Source: Mayamaea pseudoterrestris
Taxonomy: Eukaryota
Reading direction: 5' to 3'
NCBI GenBank assembly: GCA_027923505.1
Contig: BROI01000025.1
Location: 124,001 to 188,000 of the forward strand
Length of the DNA: 64,000 bases
Shown here: in pieces, positions 1 to 11,061 of the stretch
How the letters are laid out: every line of letters starts with the position of its first letter
Numbering within the stretch: position 1 is the first letter of the stretch
Position numbers and translations under genes: made by a program
Notes under the pieces: generated by a model
The model's database searches: none
Told to the model about the DNA's origin: nothing
What the model saw: only the letters and a program-made list of their open reading frames with translations

Positions 1-416
1 GGCCATTTCCATTTCGTATACAATGGAGGAGGAGAACAATGATTTGGTGTCGTCGCATAAATGGGATCTCCATTCCACCAAACCTTAGGTACCAGCTTTG
101 AAGTATGCTCTTTGTATGACAAAGGCATGGAACATTCCCCCGTATCTTCGTCTTCGTTCGTCCGATCACTTGCTGGTGTAGGTTCCATTCGCACAAAGGC
201 TGACTTGGCGAGCATTTTATTGAGGACATCTTCACGAGTATCGCCACCTGCTTCGTCTCCCAAAAGTATCGTTTCATTTATATCAAAGTGTAAAACAAGG
301 TGAAGAGGAATCTTATTAAAAAAATTAAAGACCTGCAACGGCGGCAGTTCATCTCGAACTATCGTAATCGTCTGCCGACTTGACAATCGTTTGTCGTCGT
401 CAGGGTGAGTGGCCAT
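1..416 (-). CDS. 5' part of a conserved hypothetical protein, runs off the window edge
   Basis: Manual translation from ATG 416 is open to base 1: MATHPDDDK...LHLVLHFDINETILLGDEAGGDTREDVLNKMLAKSAF...; absent from the ORF track because there is no stop in the window. Confidence 0.6.
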   Translation of the reverse strand, partial: MATHPDDDKRLSSRQTITIVRDELPPLQVFNFFNKIPLHLVLHFDINETILLGDEAGGDTREDVLNKMLAKSAFVRMEPTPASDRTNEDEDTGECSMPLSYKEHTSKLVPKVWWNGDPIYATTPNHCSPPPLYTKWKW

Positions 417-868
417 GGCCCTCCTAGCAAGCAGAATTTTCTGGTTTCGCTTGAAATTTTGGAATGCCACTCTCAAATCAGCTGTAAGACAAAAGAGTAC
501 TAGTAGGATGAATAGGAATGCGCGATTGCGCATCGGACAAGGTTGCTTTTGGCGACGTGTGAGGTGTGAGGTGATGGTGAAATTCTTTGTCTTTTCATAC
601 GCGCTCAATTGAGTAAAGGTGCGATTTTGAAATGTTCTTGTTTCTGACGGCGGGATTAGTTTTCCGGCCCCGGTAGGTCCAAATCAGGATCATTTATTAT
701 ATCCCCTTATTCTAAGAAACTATGTCTGGCGAGGAAAATGCAAAGCTAGCTACGGTTCCATATACCTTGTTGTTGAGTAATGTCTTAACGTGATATTTGT
801 TTAAATCTTCTAGTGTCTACTCTGTATCTGTACACGCTCAAACTATATCTTAACTCGTCGCCACCACC

Positions 869-2589
869 TTACCGAAACTGATTCGATGTGGTTGAAAAAT
901 CGCCCGCGCACTCGGCAAACGGATCGTTTGGGTCAAACACCTTCTTGGGCTGGACCTGCGCCTGCTGATTGCCCATGCGAGCATTCGGTGCAAACATATT
1001 ATTGGGCATGTGGCGTTGTTGTTGTTGCTGCTGCTGCATCATCATTTGCTGTTGCTGATACATGAGCATTTGTTGTTGTTGCATCAACATGGCAGCTTGT
1101 GGATTCTGCGCTTGCTGCTGCTGCATCTTCATCATTTGAAGATTTGGTGCCGCTGGCATGCCATTGCCAACCGAGCTAATGCCGCTCATCATTCCGTTGT
1201 TTACGCTACCCATGTTCATGTTTTGCATCATGGCTTGCATCTGATTCATATTTTGCATTGGAGCCATGCCAGTTTGCTGCTGCATAGGATTCATCATCAT
1301 TGCCGCACCACCATTATTAACGGAACCAGCGTTCGTAAACGACTGTCGAGGAACCGGACTGCCATATAATGCCATAATATCGGCAGATATTGCAGTAACT
1401 GGTGGCCGAGTACCCGTAGGACCTTTTTCGGACGACCTGCTGCGTCGCGGTGACTCGAGCTTACGGGATGCATCCTTGGGCAGCTTCTCCGACGAATTGT
1501 TCCGACGCATTGATCGCCCACCTTCTGGCTTGCGCTCCGATGACTTGTCTCCTCGACGACGGCCAGAGGATGACGTCGGCACGGGACTTGATTGTTCCGT
1601 GGTTGTTGCTCCAAAGTCAAACAAATCGATTGGTGCACTCGCCGGTGCAGCCGCAAACCCATGATGATTGTTACTATGCGACAAGGCATTATCCGACTGA
1701 AAGTCCAGCAAGTCAATCAACACTGGCGGCGCCGCATTAAGTTTTTCCTCCATGGCCTCCGAGCTCTTGGTGCGCCGCACCGGTCCACGCTTGGGGCTCC
1801 TGGTCGTTTCGTTGAACGACGTACTTCCAACAGCAGCAGCAGACGACGTCTTACCGCCACCTCGCGCCTCCAGGCGACGACGCGCCGCATCCGACGGCGG
1901 TCCAATCGAAGCAGCAGCCGGTGGTGGCGGCGAAAATAGCGCGTTTCCAAAGTCGGCTTCAAAGTGCATGTCGGCTGGTGGCGGCGCCGATGCGGGAGCC
2001 GCAGCTACACTTCGCTGCTGCACAAACGTTCCAAACGCCGCGGCATCGTAGTATTTGCGCCGCTCGTACTTGTCGCGAATGAATCGCTCGCGCGTCTGCA
2101 AATCGGCGTGATTGGTGGGCTTCAAGACGCCGGATTGCGCCAGTCGCGCCTCGAAAATGGCGTTCACCTTGGCGTTGCCGCCATTCTCCATCATTTGGAC
2201 TTCCTCCTCTTTCCCTGTAATTATATGTAATTAGTTTTACAAATAAATAAAGTGAGATTGGACGTAGAGATAGATTGAGATAGATTGAGATTATTAGATA
2301 CATTTCAATCTTCCACTCTCATATTCCATTAACATTATCACTTACACGAATCAAGGTTCACAGATCGCACAAAGGTAATATGAACACCAAGCCGCCGGTG
2401 CGATCCGGAACATTCCAGGCAGCAAAAGGAGCCAATCTTGAGCTTGGTGGGCGCATCGGGCGGCGCCACAATCAAGGACGCCCAACGCGGGGATCGCTCC
2501 GTGCAGTCGGTGCAGACTTGGTTCTCCGGACGGTTCATGAGAATCTTCAGGCGCTTCTTAAAGTCCTTTTGCTGGTTACTGTCTGACAT
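869..2589 (-). CDS. ArfGAP-domain protein (SMAP/AGD-like) with Q/M-rich tail; intron 2215-2345
   Basis: CxxC...[26 protein letters not shown] zinc finger, GGNAKVN and RERFIRDKYE; the GTAAG/CAG splice restores W. Confidence 0.9.
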
Positions 2590-3100
2590 GATGAATTAAT
2601 TGTAGTAGTAGCTGTGGTGATGATGCTGTATGCCAGATGATGGTGTATCGTCTCGAAATAAAGATTGCAGCTGGATTGGCTCTCGTGTATGCAAGATGAC
2701 GGGTGCAGGGGAGCAAACGACCCAAAAGGAGCGGCGCAGATTTTCCCTCGAGCTTTAACAAGCTCTGAATAAATATTGTCCGCTTTCTAAGAGGCTATAT
2801 TCTGCGTCGGTCGGCAACTACGGTAATGAGTTGACTTGGCTGTTGCGCGCGCTTTACAAGTGGGTGACCGTCATCGTCCTATCTGGATCAACGGCTCGTC
2901 GGGGTCATTCCTAAATCCTCAAGTGAAACCCCTAAGTAGCTGGGTGGCGGTGCGAAATCTGAGATCTTTCCAACGAAACCCACCATGAAGGGTTTCGCGG
3001 CGCTCACACAAGTAAAATCCTGCTTCTACTACCGTTTTTTAAGTAGTCGAGACCTTTTGTACTGTACAGTCATCACTACTCCTCAGAAATAACAGCCATC

Positions 3101-4609
3101 ATGGATTTGGAAGCCCTCGCAAATCGCTACCAAGGCGAAGCCTGCTTGCAGCGCCTCCTTTTCATTGCCGAACAAGCAGCAAGCGCTGCTGCGCCCTCTG
3201 CAACAACCTCCACCGACGCACTTGCTTCGCAAGCCTTGTCTCTAGCCATAAATTTAATGCGCAAGGATGGAAACACGCGCAAATACCAAACGGTAGCGTC
3301 CTCTGAAACTCTTGGTCCGCTCCTTCACCAACTAACGAATACTACCTCATCAACCAATGAGCAATCTAACCATTGGCTCACTGACGCTGAAACACGCAAT
3401 CGCCAGGAGCTCGATCTACTGCAGTCTCGCTTGTCTGCCGCCCAGTCCAACCTGCACAAGGAAGCCATTCGCACCGCCTACGAGCACTTGGCCATTTGCT
3501 ACATCAACAAAAGCATGCTACCGGAAGCGCTGGGCGCCATGCAGCGGTCGCGCGACTATGGCACGACGCGACTGCAGGGAGTCAACATGCTGGTGGATCT
3601 CATGGTGCCGGTTTGCATCTACATGCAGCAGTGGAGCGCCGTCAGTGATCATGTGTTCAAGCTGCAGCATGCGAGTGAGGAAGTGAATGATGGTAATCAC
3701 TCTGCGTTACAGTACAAGATTTCTATTGCAGCTGGATTGGGGGCGCTGCATGCGAAAGAGTATGTTGTGGCGGCGTCGCACTTTCGAGCGGCAGCCAAGA
3801 GTGGTGACAACGCTTCCTGGCCCATGGTGCTGGCGGCCGAGGAGGTTGCTTTATATGCTGGCATTTTGACACTGGCGTTTTCGGAGCGATCGGAAATGAT
3901 TGCGCTTTCGGAACATGTTGACGCCTTGCTGCTGCAGCCAGTACTGAGAGAGTGCTTGATTCTGTTTGCGAGTCGGGCCAATTACACGGAATGCTACAAG
4001 TTGTTGGAGTCGCCATCCATCTTCCAAACGCTCCAGCTCGACCTGTACATGGCGGAACACTTACGTGCACTTCAATCGGCACTGCGCCAGCGTGCCATTT
4101 TGCAGTACTGGACGCCGCTGCGTCGTGTCAGTTTATCGACCATGGTGCACGACTTGGGTGCGCGCATGATTACGCTCGGCCATGACTCAAACGCCGATCC
4201 GAAGACAACGCTGCTGGAACTGCTGGTGCCGCTGGTGCGAAGCGGCAAGCTGATCGACGCGCGCATCAATCTGCAGCAGCAAACCTTGGAGCGCATTGTT
4301 GTGTCACAGAAGGACAAGTTACTGGAGGAAACGCAGCGCAAGCTGTCAAATGTTTCCAACCGCGTCTTGAACGACTCGTACAGTCTAATGGTGCGATTGG
4401 CGTGCATGGAGCATCACTTGCTCGTGGGTGGTGCTGGTGCTGGACGGTTGACGCGAAACAAGCGAAACAACAACTATGGTGAGGGTGCAGCAGCTGGTGG
4501 TGGTGGAAATGCCAATGAAGCGGAAGTGCTCGAGTCCGATGACGATAGTGATGTAATGGACATGAGCAGCGAAGAAGTCATGATGATGAATCCGGAAGAC
4601 TTGTATTAG
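3101..4609 (+). CDS. CSN1: COP9 signalosome subunit 1 (PCI/RPN7 family)
   Basis: DLEALANRYQG..LQRLLFIA, NLHKEAIR, RSRDY, LDLYMAEH and IDARI motifs typical of CSN1/GPS1. Confidence 0.8.
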   Translation: MDLEALANRYQGEACLQRLLFIAEQAASAAAPSATTSTDALASQALSLAINLMRKDGNTRKYQTVASSETLGPLLHQLTNTTSSTNEQSNHWLTDAETRNRQELDLLQSRLSAAQSNLHKEAIRTAYEHLAICYINKSMLPEALGAMQRSRDYGTTRLQGVNMLVDLMVPVCIYMQQWSAVSDHVFKLQHASEEVNDGNHSALQYKISIAAGLGALHAKEYVVAASHFRAAAKSGDNASWPMVLAAEEVALYAGILTLAFSERSEMIALSEHVDALLLQPVLRECLILFASRANYTECYKLLESPSIFQTLQLDLYMAEHLRALQSALRQRAILQYWTPLRRVSLSTMVHDLGARMITLGHDSNADPKTTLLELLVPLVRSGKLIDARINLQQQTLERIVVSQKDKLLEETQRKLSNVSNRVLNDSYSLMVRLACMEHHLLVGGAGAGRLTRNKRNNNYGEGAAAGGGGNANEAEVLESDDDSDVMDMSSEEVMMMNPEDLY

Positions 4610-4865
4610 GTGGAGGATGGATGTGACACGTCAGTTGGATGCAATGTCAGCGCGAGATGTTGTGTGAATCAAAGTGTGCTGCGCTAATGGAGTGTATATT
4701 AGATAACATATATATAGTGATAGTAATATCTTCATGTTTGCTTATATGTAAAATGTTCAATCTAAGGCTCATTCAGGAGCGAGTACAGGTCGTTTAGTCT
4801 ATGTCATTGTTTGTCTTTCTCAAGTCTCACGTCCATGTTTTCATTCAAGTACAGTTGTTCAGTAT

Positions 4866-5606
4866 TTACACCAACAATCCAAGTTCACCGCCATTTTTCT
4901 TGGCCAGCTTGATCAGGTTGGTGCGCAGCGTCTTGGGTGCCTCGCGCAGAAATTCCTCCACGTCGACAGCGCCATTGTCGTCCAAGTCGGCCCGCTTGAG
5001 AATGCCCGACACCTGCTTGTCTTGCAGCCAGTCGAAACCGAGGGCGCGAAAGATGCGGGCCAGCTCGGTTTCGTCAATCAAGCCATTCTTGTCAACGTCG
5101 GCTACCTGAAACATGCGTTTCAAAACTGTTTGGCCAACGGCGCTGTTGGATGTTTCGACAAAGGCGCCAATGACATCCGAGTGTATGGAAATGGCCTTGG
5201 CGCGAATCTTGTTCAAGTCGTCCTGGCCAAGAGCTTGCTTGGCGAGCAAGACAATGGGTGACAGAATGCCTTGCTTGTGTGTTTGGGTATCTGCCTTTTT
5301 TGTCTTTAGTTGTGGCTTGGCCTTTGTGCTGCTTGCAACTGGAGCTGATCGCTCGAGCGTCTGTGATGAAAGGGCAGTCGCTGATGCTGCACTAGCGTCT
5401 GTCTTGTCTTGTACTACTTGTTCTTGAACAGTTGCAAAATATGGCAAATGCTCGTTATTGTGCGCAAGACTGACGGAGCTGTACAAGTGCATCGCGTTGG
5501 TCCGAGGAGGCGCCGTTGTGAGGACAAAGGCCGAGACGGAGGCGGCGGAAAAGAGCATGGCCGCGACGGCCGTGGCTGTAGTTCCGTTCATGATGGATGA
5601 CTTCAT
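4866..5606 (-). CDS. Putative plastid-targeted EF-hand calcium-binding protein
   Basis: Signal peptide ending ASVSA-F; EF loops DVDKNGLIDETE and DLDDNGAVDVEE. Confidence 0.85.
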   Translation of the reverse strand: MKSSIMNGTTATAVAAMLFSAASVSAFVLTTAPPRTNAMHLYSSVSLAHNNEHLPYFATVQEQVVQDKTDASAASATALSSQTLERSAPVASSTKAKPQLKTKKADTQTHKQGILSPIVLLAKQALGQDDLNKIRAKAISIHSDVIGAFVETSNSAVGQTVLKRMFQVADVDKNGLIDETELARIFRALGFDWLQDKQVSGILKRADLDDNGAVDVEEFLREAPKTLRTNLIKLAKKNGGELGLLV

Positions 5607-6000
5607 GTTGGAGTTGCAGTAGAGTTGTGATTGTCACGTGTTTGGATGATGGTTGTTTGAATTTGTGAGCGAAGAAACCGAGTTGCAAGCAAAAGGCGCA
5701 AGCTGAGCCAGCATCTGACTCATGCATGACTCAGAAACCAGCTGACTCGGCGTGCGCGACTGGTTACTATGGCGTTGAGAGTAGTCGAGTCATTCGTGCA
5801 GCTGAATCAGACGACGCGTCAGAATACTGCGTCATCACTCGTGAGTGAGTTAATCACGCTCCGGGTTCGAATCTCGCACGAATCAGAGCTCGAATCTTCG
5901 ACGGCTTCACAGTCACCATGATGAGGATGCTCCTTTGCCCGTCCGTGGAGAATCCTTTTGCCTTTCGATAATTGTTGGAAACGGATAAATGTGAACAATC

Positions 6001-7868
6001 ATGTCATCCGCATACTTGAAAACACCACAAATTCCATTATCACTTGTGCTACTGCATGAAATTACCGACACGTTTTTGGCGTCGGTCCGCAGCGTCGGCA
6101 CGGCCGTCACGCTGGCGCTGGTGGGCGTCTACATGCACCGCCGGAAACTGGTGGAAGGTAACGGCAAGCGTACGCTGGCGCTGCTGTCGCAGCAAGTCAC
6201 CTTTCCGCTGTTTCTGTTCACCAAGATTGTCTACTGCAACCAGGATTGGAGTAGTGAGGTATGAAATGGCGGACGAGCGAACATGTACTTTTTTAGGTGA
6301 TATGTGATAATGTTCTCAACTTTTTTCCTTCTTGCCTACAGGCATGTCCAAATATTACATCGAGTCTCCATACCGTTTGGTTCCTCCTCTTTTGGCCGCT
6401 CGTCGTGGTTGGATGCGGCTTGCTCGTCGGAAGCTTTGTGGTCCGCGTTTCGGACACTCCCATTCACCAACGACGAGCTTGCCTTGCGGCGGTTGCCTTT
6501 GGCAACAGCTCGGGCTTGCCCATTACGCTACTGACCGTCGTGCATGCAAATTTTCCGGCGACGTCGGACTTGGGGCGGATAGATCCGACGCTCTTCTTGT
6601 CAATCTACTTGTTGATTTATCCCATGCTGCAGTGGGGTATTGGTGGGAGCTTGCTGGCGCCGTACGACGAAGAAGAGGCAAAGAGATCAAGGAGTGATAG
6701 CTCGGATGAGAACAATGGATATGCAGCTGCCAACCACGGCACTTTTGCACATGCGACGACTGCCATTCCCCAAATGCCACCTCCACGCCAATTTGGAACA
6801 GCCGGGCCTCGCCGGAGCAGCGCGGCGGAAAAGTCGCTGTCGCAAACATTGTCCGAAGCGTTTTGTCACAATGTACTCAACAACAAGAATCGTAGCCAGA
6901 GTCAGACGACGCATCCATCGAATGACCACGCCGAGCGCAACATTTCGTCGCTGGACGAAGGCAACTACATTTCGGAGGTTGACCTCATGCAACTTGGCAA
7001 GGACGCAACGAATGACGAGATGGACTTTCAACAACTATCATTATCAGTCTACCAAGGCACTATGAAGGGACCTCAAACGCCAGAGTCAGACACGAGTGAT
7101 GACGAGTCCAGCGACTCGCCGTCGAGCAACGCGGTCAAGCACCAATTAATGCAGCGCGACGCTGAAGTGGGATACAGTATTGACGAGCGTCGCTCCCTCT
7201 TGGCGCGCGCACAATGCGACAGTCAGTCCAAACCAGCGCTGCATCAGTTTGACACTGATACCGTTTACAGCATGGTTCAAACTATATTGCAGCGGAGTCT
7301 TCAGCCACCAGTGATTGGATCGCTCCTTGGAGTGTTTGTTGCACTCATTCATCCGCTCCGCGGCATCTTTGTCGATGTGGAGACTCGCTCGTCCCGGGCG
7401 ACGCTGCAATGGTTCTTTGACGGTTTGTATGCCGTCGGCTTGTCGGCCGTTCCCTTGAACATGATGATTCTCGGATGCAATATTTCAGCTAGTCTTGGCA
7501 ACTCAAAGACCATGGTGTATCATTCGGATGATCGAATACGTGCGGGATTGTTGTCGTGGAAAACCATGGTGTGGATCGCCATTGGTAAGCTACTCATTTT
7601 GCCGCTCGTTGGTATTAGTTTGTGCTACTGTTTAAAAAAGTATGTTTGGAAACTGCCGGACGACATTGACGGCGCCGTTTACTTGGTGTTAATGATTGTA
7701 TTCTTGACGCCAACGGCAAACAATGTCATGGTCATTGTGGAGCTTGGATTGTCGACTGGAGCCAAGGAAGGGATTGCCCAAGCGATTGCGCTTCAGTATG
7801 CCTTTGCTCCATTGGTTCTGAGCATCACCATGACAATGGCGATTGGAGTTGCGTCTGATTGGTCGTAA
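6001..7868 (+). CDS. PILS/auxin efflux carrier (AEC, Mem_trans) family transporter; intron 6259-6341
   Basis: Two TM blocks around a long hydrophilic loop; AFGNSSGLP, PPVIGSLLG, AVPLNMMILG and TPTANN motifs. Confidence 0.8.
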
Positions 7869-8329
7869 GCTGATGGTATTTTGTCAAACCTTTGCGGCTC
7901 GACGTTACATGACGACGGCCTCTATTCTTGGGCCTACGACGATATTCATGTCGGCAATGTAGCATGTTGATTACATCGTCGCCGTCGTCGCCATCCAGTA
8001 CACTCAACAACATCAAGTTTTTTGTAAAATTTTCTATTTCCACGAGATATGTTTGCGTGCTGGTATAATAAGAGTTTACTTTGCACTATTTTCCCGGTGA
8101 ATTTTGCGTTGTTGTTGAAAGTTGAAATGTGCGTATATAAAACTTCAGGTAGCAAACGTCGTACCGTTATTGCGTGTTGTCGCATCGTAATTCCGCGTCA
8201 TCATGGCGTCAGTCACTCATGGCGCGCCATGACGATGATCCTTTCGCGTGACAGCGGCCATCAACGACTTCTTCATTGCTTGCTCCAGTCTGCCTACAAT
8301 ACCTTTTGCTCGTCATATCAATTAGAAGA

Positions 8330-10759
8330 ATGAATCACCAATTGCTCATATCTCGCCATGGTTGCGCTGGCGCTCGACGTAGATTCGGAACGAATCCGAG
8401 TCGTTTACCCTTCTTGTCACGCCCCTTGTCATCTCAAGCAGCAGCAAGAGCAAGTACAATATCATCCGACAATACCAACAGCAGCAGCAACAGCAGTCCC
8501 AGCAGCAATCTGCATCCAAAATACCCTCGTTTGTTTACCCCACTCGATCTCGGTCCCGACATTGGCGTCTTGGCGAACCGCGCCTTGATGGGATCCATGC
8601 ACAGCGGATTGGAAGGTCACTCACTTCCCAATCTACTCGTTCCCTTGATATCGAGCAAGTCACACGCACCACACGATTCCTTGGATCGCATGGGTCGCTA
8701 CTTTCAGGAGCGAGCGCAAGGCGGTGTCGGACTCATGGTGACGGGTGGGATTGCGCCGAACCGAGCGGGATGGACGGGGCCCTTTAGCAGTCAATTGACA
8801 ACCACCAAGGAAATGGAGCTGCACAAGGTGGTGACGGAGGCGGTTCATGCGGTGCAAGTGCCAGTGGTTGGTCATGCTGATGCTACTAGCGTCACTGCCA
8901 GAATTTGTCTACAGATATTACATACGGGTCGATACTCGTACACGCCACTGGCGGTTTCCGCCAGTGCCACCAAGAGTCCGATTAGTCCGTTCAAGGCGCG
9001 CGAACTGAGCGTCCGAAGCATTCGCAAAACAGTTCGTGATTTTGTCAACACGGCAGTCTTGGCCAAGGAGGCTGGCTACGACGGAGTGGAAGTCATGGCC
9101 AGTGAAGGCTACTTGTTGTCGCAGTTTTTGTCGCCAAAGACCAATCTGCGCCAGGATGACTACGGCGGCAGCTTGAAGAATCGCGCCAGGTTTGCCTTGG
9201 ACATTGTGCGCGAAACGCGAGAGGCGGTTGGTAAGGACTTTATCATTATATTTCGACTCTCCTTGCTCGATTTGGTGCAGGATGGTTTGCTGTTTGAGGA
9301 GTCCTTGGAACTGGCCGTGGAGCTGGAAGCGGCTGGCGTGACGATACTCAACACTGGCATTGGCTGGCACGAGGCGCGAGTTCCGACCATTTCGACGGTG
9401 GTGCCGCGTGGAGCCTTTGCGTTTTGCACGCAGGCGCTGCATCAAGCCAATGTGGTGAGCATTCCACTGGTGGCAACAAACCGGATCAATGATCCAGCGA
9501 CGGCGGAACATGTACTAGAGGGTGGCGCTGACATGGTGAGCATGGCACGTCCTTTCTTGGCTGACGCAGAACTCATGGCCAAGAGTCGGGACGGGCGGGA
9601 AGACGAAATCAATACATGCATCGCCTGCAATCAAGCTTGTTTGGATCACGTCTTTGTCGGCAAGGTGGCCAGTTGCTTGGTAAACCCACGCGCATGCCAC
9701 GAAACCGAACTAAACATGGATCCGTTGCCAGAGAGTGATCGGTTGAATATTGGAGTGGTTGGTTCAGGTCCAGCTGGTTGCGCGTTTGCAGTAGCAGCCG
9801 CACAAAAGGGCCATTCGGTAACGCTGTTTGACAAGGATTCGCAGATCGGTGGCCAATTTAACATGGCCAAGCGAGTTCCTGGCAAGGAGGAGTTTTATGA
9901 AACGCTACGGTATTTCCGCGTCATGATGGACAAGCATAATGTGAAGCTGCAGCTGAATACAAACGTCACTCGCGAGCTCATGCAATCATCGTCTAACATT
10001 CACAAGTGGGTGGTTGCTACTGGAGTTGACCCTCGAGATCCCAAGATACCTGGTCAAGACCATCCGAACGTGCTCAGTTATGTTGAGGTGTTGAAAGGTA
10101 ACAAGCAGGTGGGAAAGCGCGTAGCTGTGATTGGTGCCGGAGGGATTGGCTTTGATGTGTCCGAGTTTCTTTTATACTATAGCGGCAAGGACAAGACAGC
10201 GACTGAAACATCGGTCGAAGAGTTTTGGAAAGAGTGGGGAATTGACGCGTCATTAACGACGCGAGGCGGACTGGTGAAGCCAAAACGACACGTTTCCGAC
10301 CGCTACTTGTATATGCTGCAGCGCAAAAAGGGCAAACTAGGAGCTGGACTTGGCAAGACTACTGGGTGGATTCATCGAGCATCTTTAACCAATACAGGGA
10401 ATATCGAAATGATTGGAGGCGTTTCTTATGATAAGATTGATGAAAAAGGTCACTTGCATATTACGGAAAATGGAGTGCCGCGAGTACTTGAAGTCGACAA
10501 TATCGTCGTTTGCGCCGGACAAATAGAGCATCGCGAGTTGGAGTCAGCTTCAGCAACCGATTCTGAGTTAAAACAAAAAGTTTTTACGATTGGAGGAGCA
10601 TTCCAAGCTGGCGAACTGGATGCGAAGCGCGCCATCGACATGGGTACACGGTTAGCTCTTAAGATCCACAAACCAGAAGTTGTTCCCGGGAATCACGTGT
10701 TTTTCAGCGAAGGTGGAATTGAAGAAGACATGTTTTTAATGCTAAAGAGGTTCATGTAG
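8330..10759 (+). CDS. fadH: 2,4-dienoyl-CoA reductase, FadH type (OYE FMN barrel, 4Fe-4S, FAD/NADPH), with N-terminal transit-like extension
   Basis: MGSMHSGLE, EGYLLSQFL, GIGWHEARVPTI, CIACNQACLDH, GxGxxG, LGKTTGWIHR and ELDAKRAI. Confidence 0.93.
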   Translation: MNHQLLISRHGCAGARRRFGTNPSRLPFLSRPLSSQAAARASTISSDNTNSSSNSSPSSNLHPKYPRLFTPLDLGPDIGVLANRALMGSMHSGLEGHSLPNLLVPLISSKSHAPHDSLDRMGRYFQERAQGGVGLMVTGGIAPNRAGWTGPFSSQLTTTKEMELHKVVTEAVHAVQVPVVGHADATSVTARICLQILHTGRYSYTPLAVSASATKSPISPFKARELSVRSIRKTVRDFVNTAVLAKEAGYDGVEVMASEGYLLSQFLSPKTNLRQDDYGGSLKNRARFALDIVRETREAVGKDFIIIFRLSLLDLVQDGLLFEESLELAVELEAAGVTILNTGIGWHEARVPTISTVVPRGAFAFCTQALHQANVVSIPLVATNRINDPATAEHVLEGGADMVSMARPFLADAELMAKSRDGREDEINTCIACNQACLDHVFVGKVASCLVNPRACHETELNMDPLPESDRLNIGVVGSGPAGCAFAVAAAQKGHSVTLFDKDSQIGGQFNMAKRVPGKEEFYETLRYFRVMMDKHNVKLQLNTNVTRELMQSSSNIHKWVVATGVDPRDPKIPGQDHPNVLSYVEVLKGNKQVGKRVAVIGAGGIGFDVSEFLLYYSGKDKTATETSVEEFWKEWGIDASLTTRGGLVKPKRHVSDRYLYMLQRKKGKLGAGLGKTTGWIHRASLTNTGNIEMIGGVSYDKIDEKGHLHITENGVPRVLEVDNIVVCAGQIEHRELESASATDSELKQKVFTIGGAFQAGELDAKRAIDMGTRLALKIHKPEVVPGNHVFFSEGGIEEDMFLMLKRFM

Positions 10760-11061
10760 TAGGCTGGTAAGTCGTTCGCTTCGTGTTGACGAAGCGCTTG
10801 AACAGATACGTGGCTTGTCGCGTTTGCAGAATTAAATTTACCATTGATCCTCCAATGATAATGCCGCGCTCAGTCGTCTGCCTATGCGATGTAATGAATG
10901 GTCAGATACCTCTATCTGCAATTTACTTCGATTACGCTTGCCATTCAGGTTCATATTATGTACACAAGATACGTTTAGTAAGGATTGTAGCCACATCAAG
11001 CGGCCGCCGATTGTAGCGGCAACTTCTTCACATTATGATTGACTCGTTCATCTGAAGGCGA

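Noticed and set aside
1000..1300. CAG/CAA-rich repeats (also 62920-62946)
   Set aside because: Ordinary poly-Q and poly-A coding low complexity
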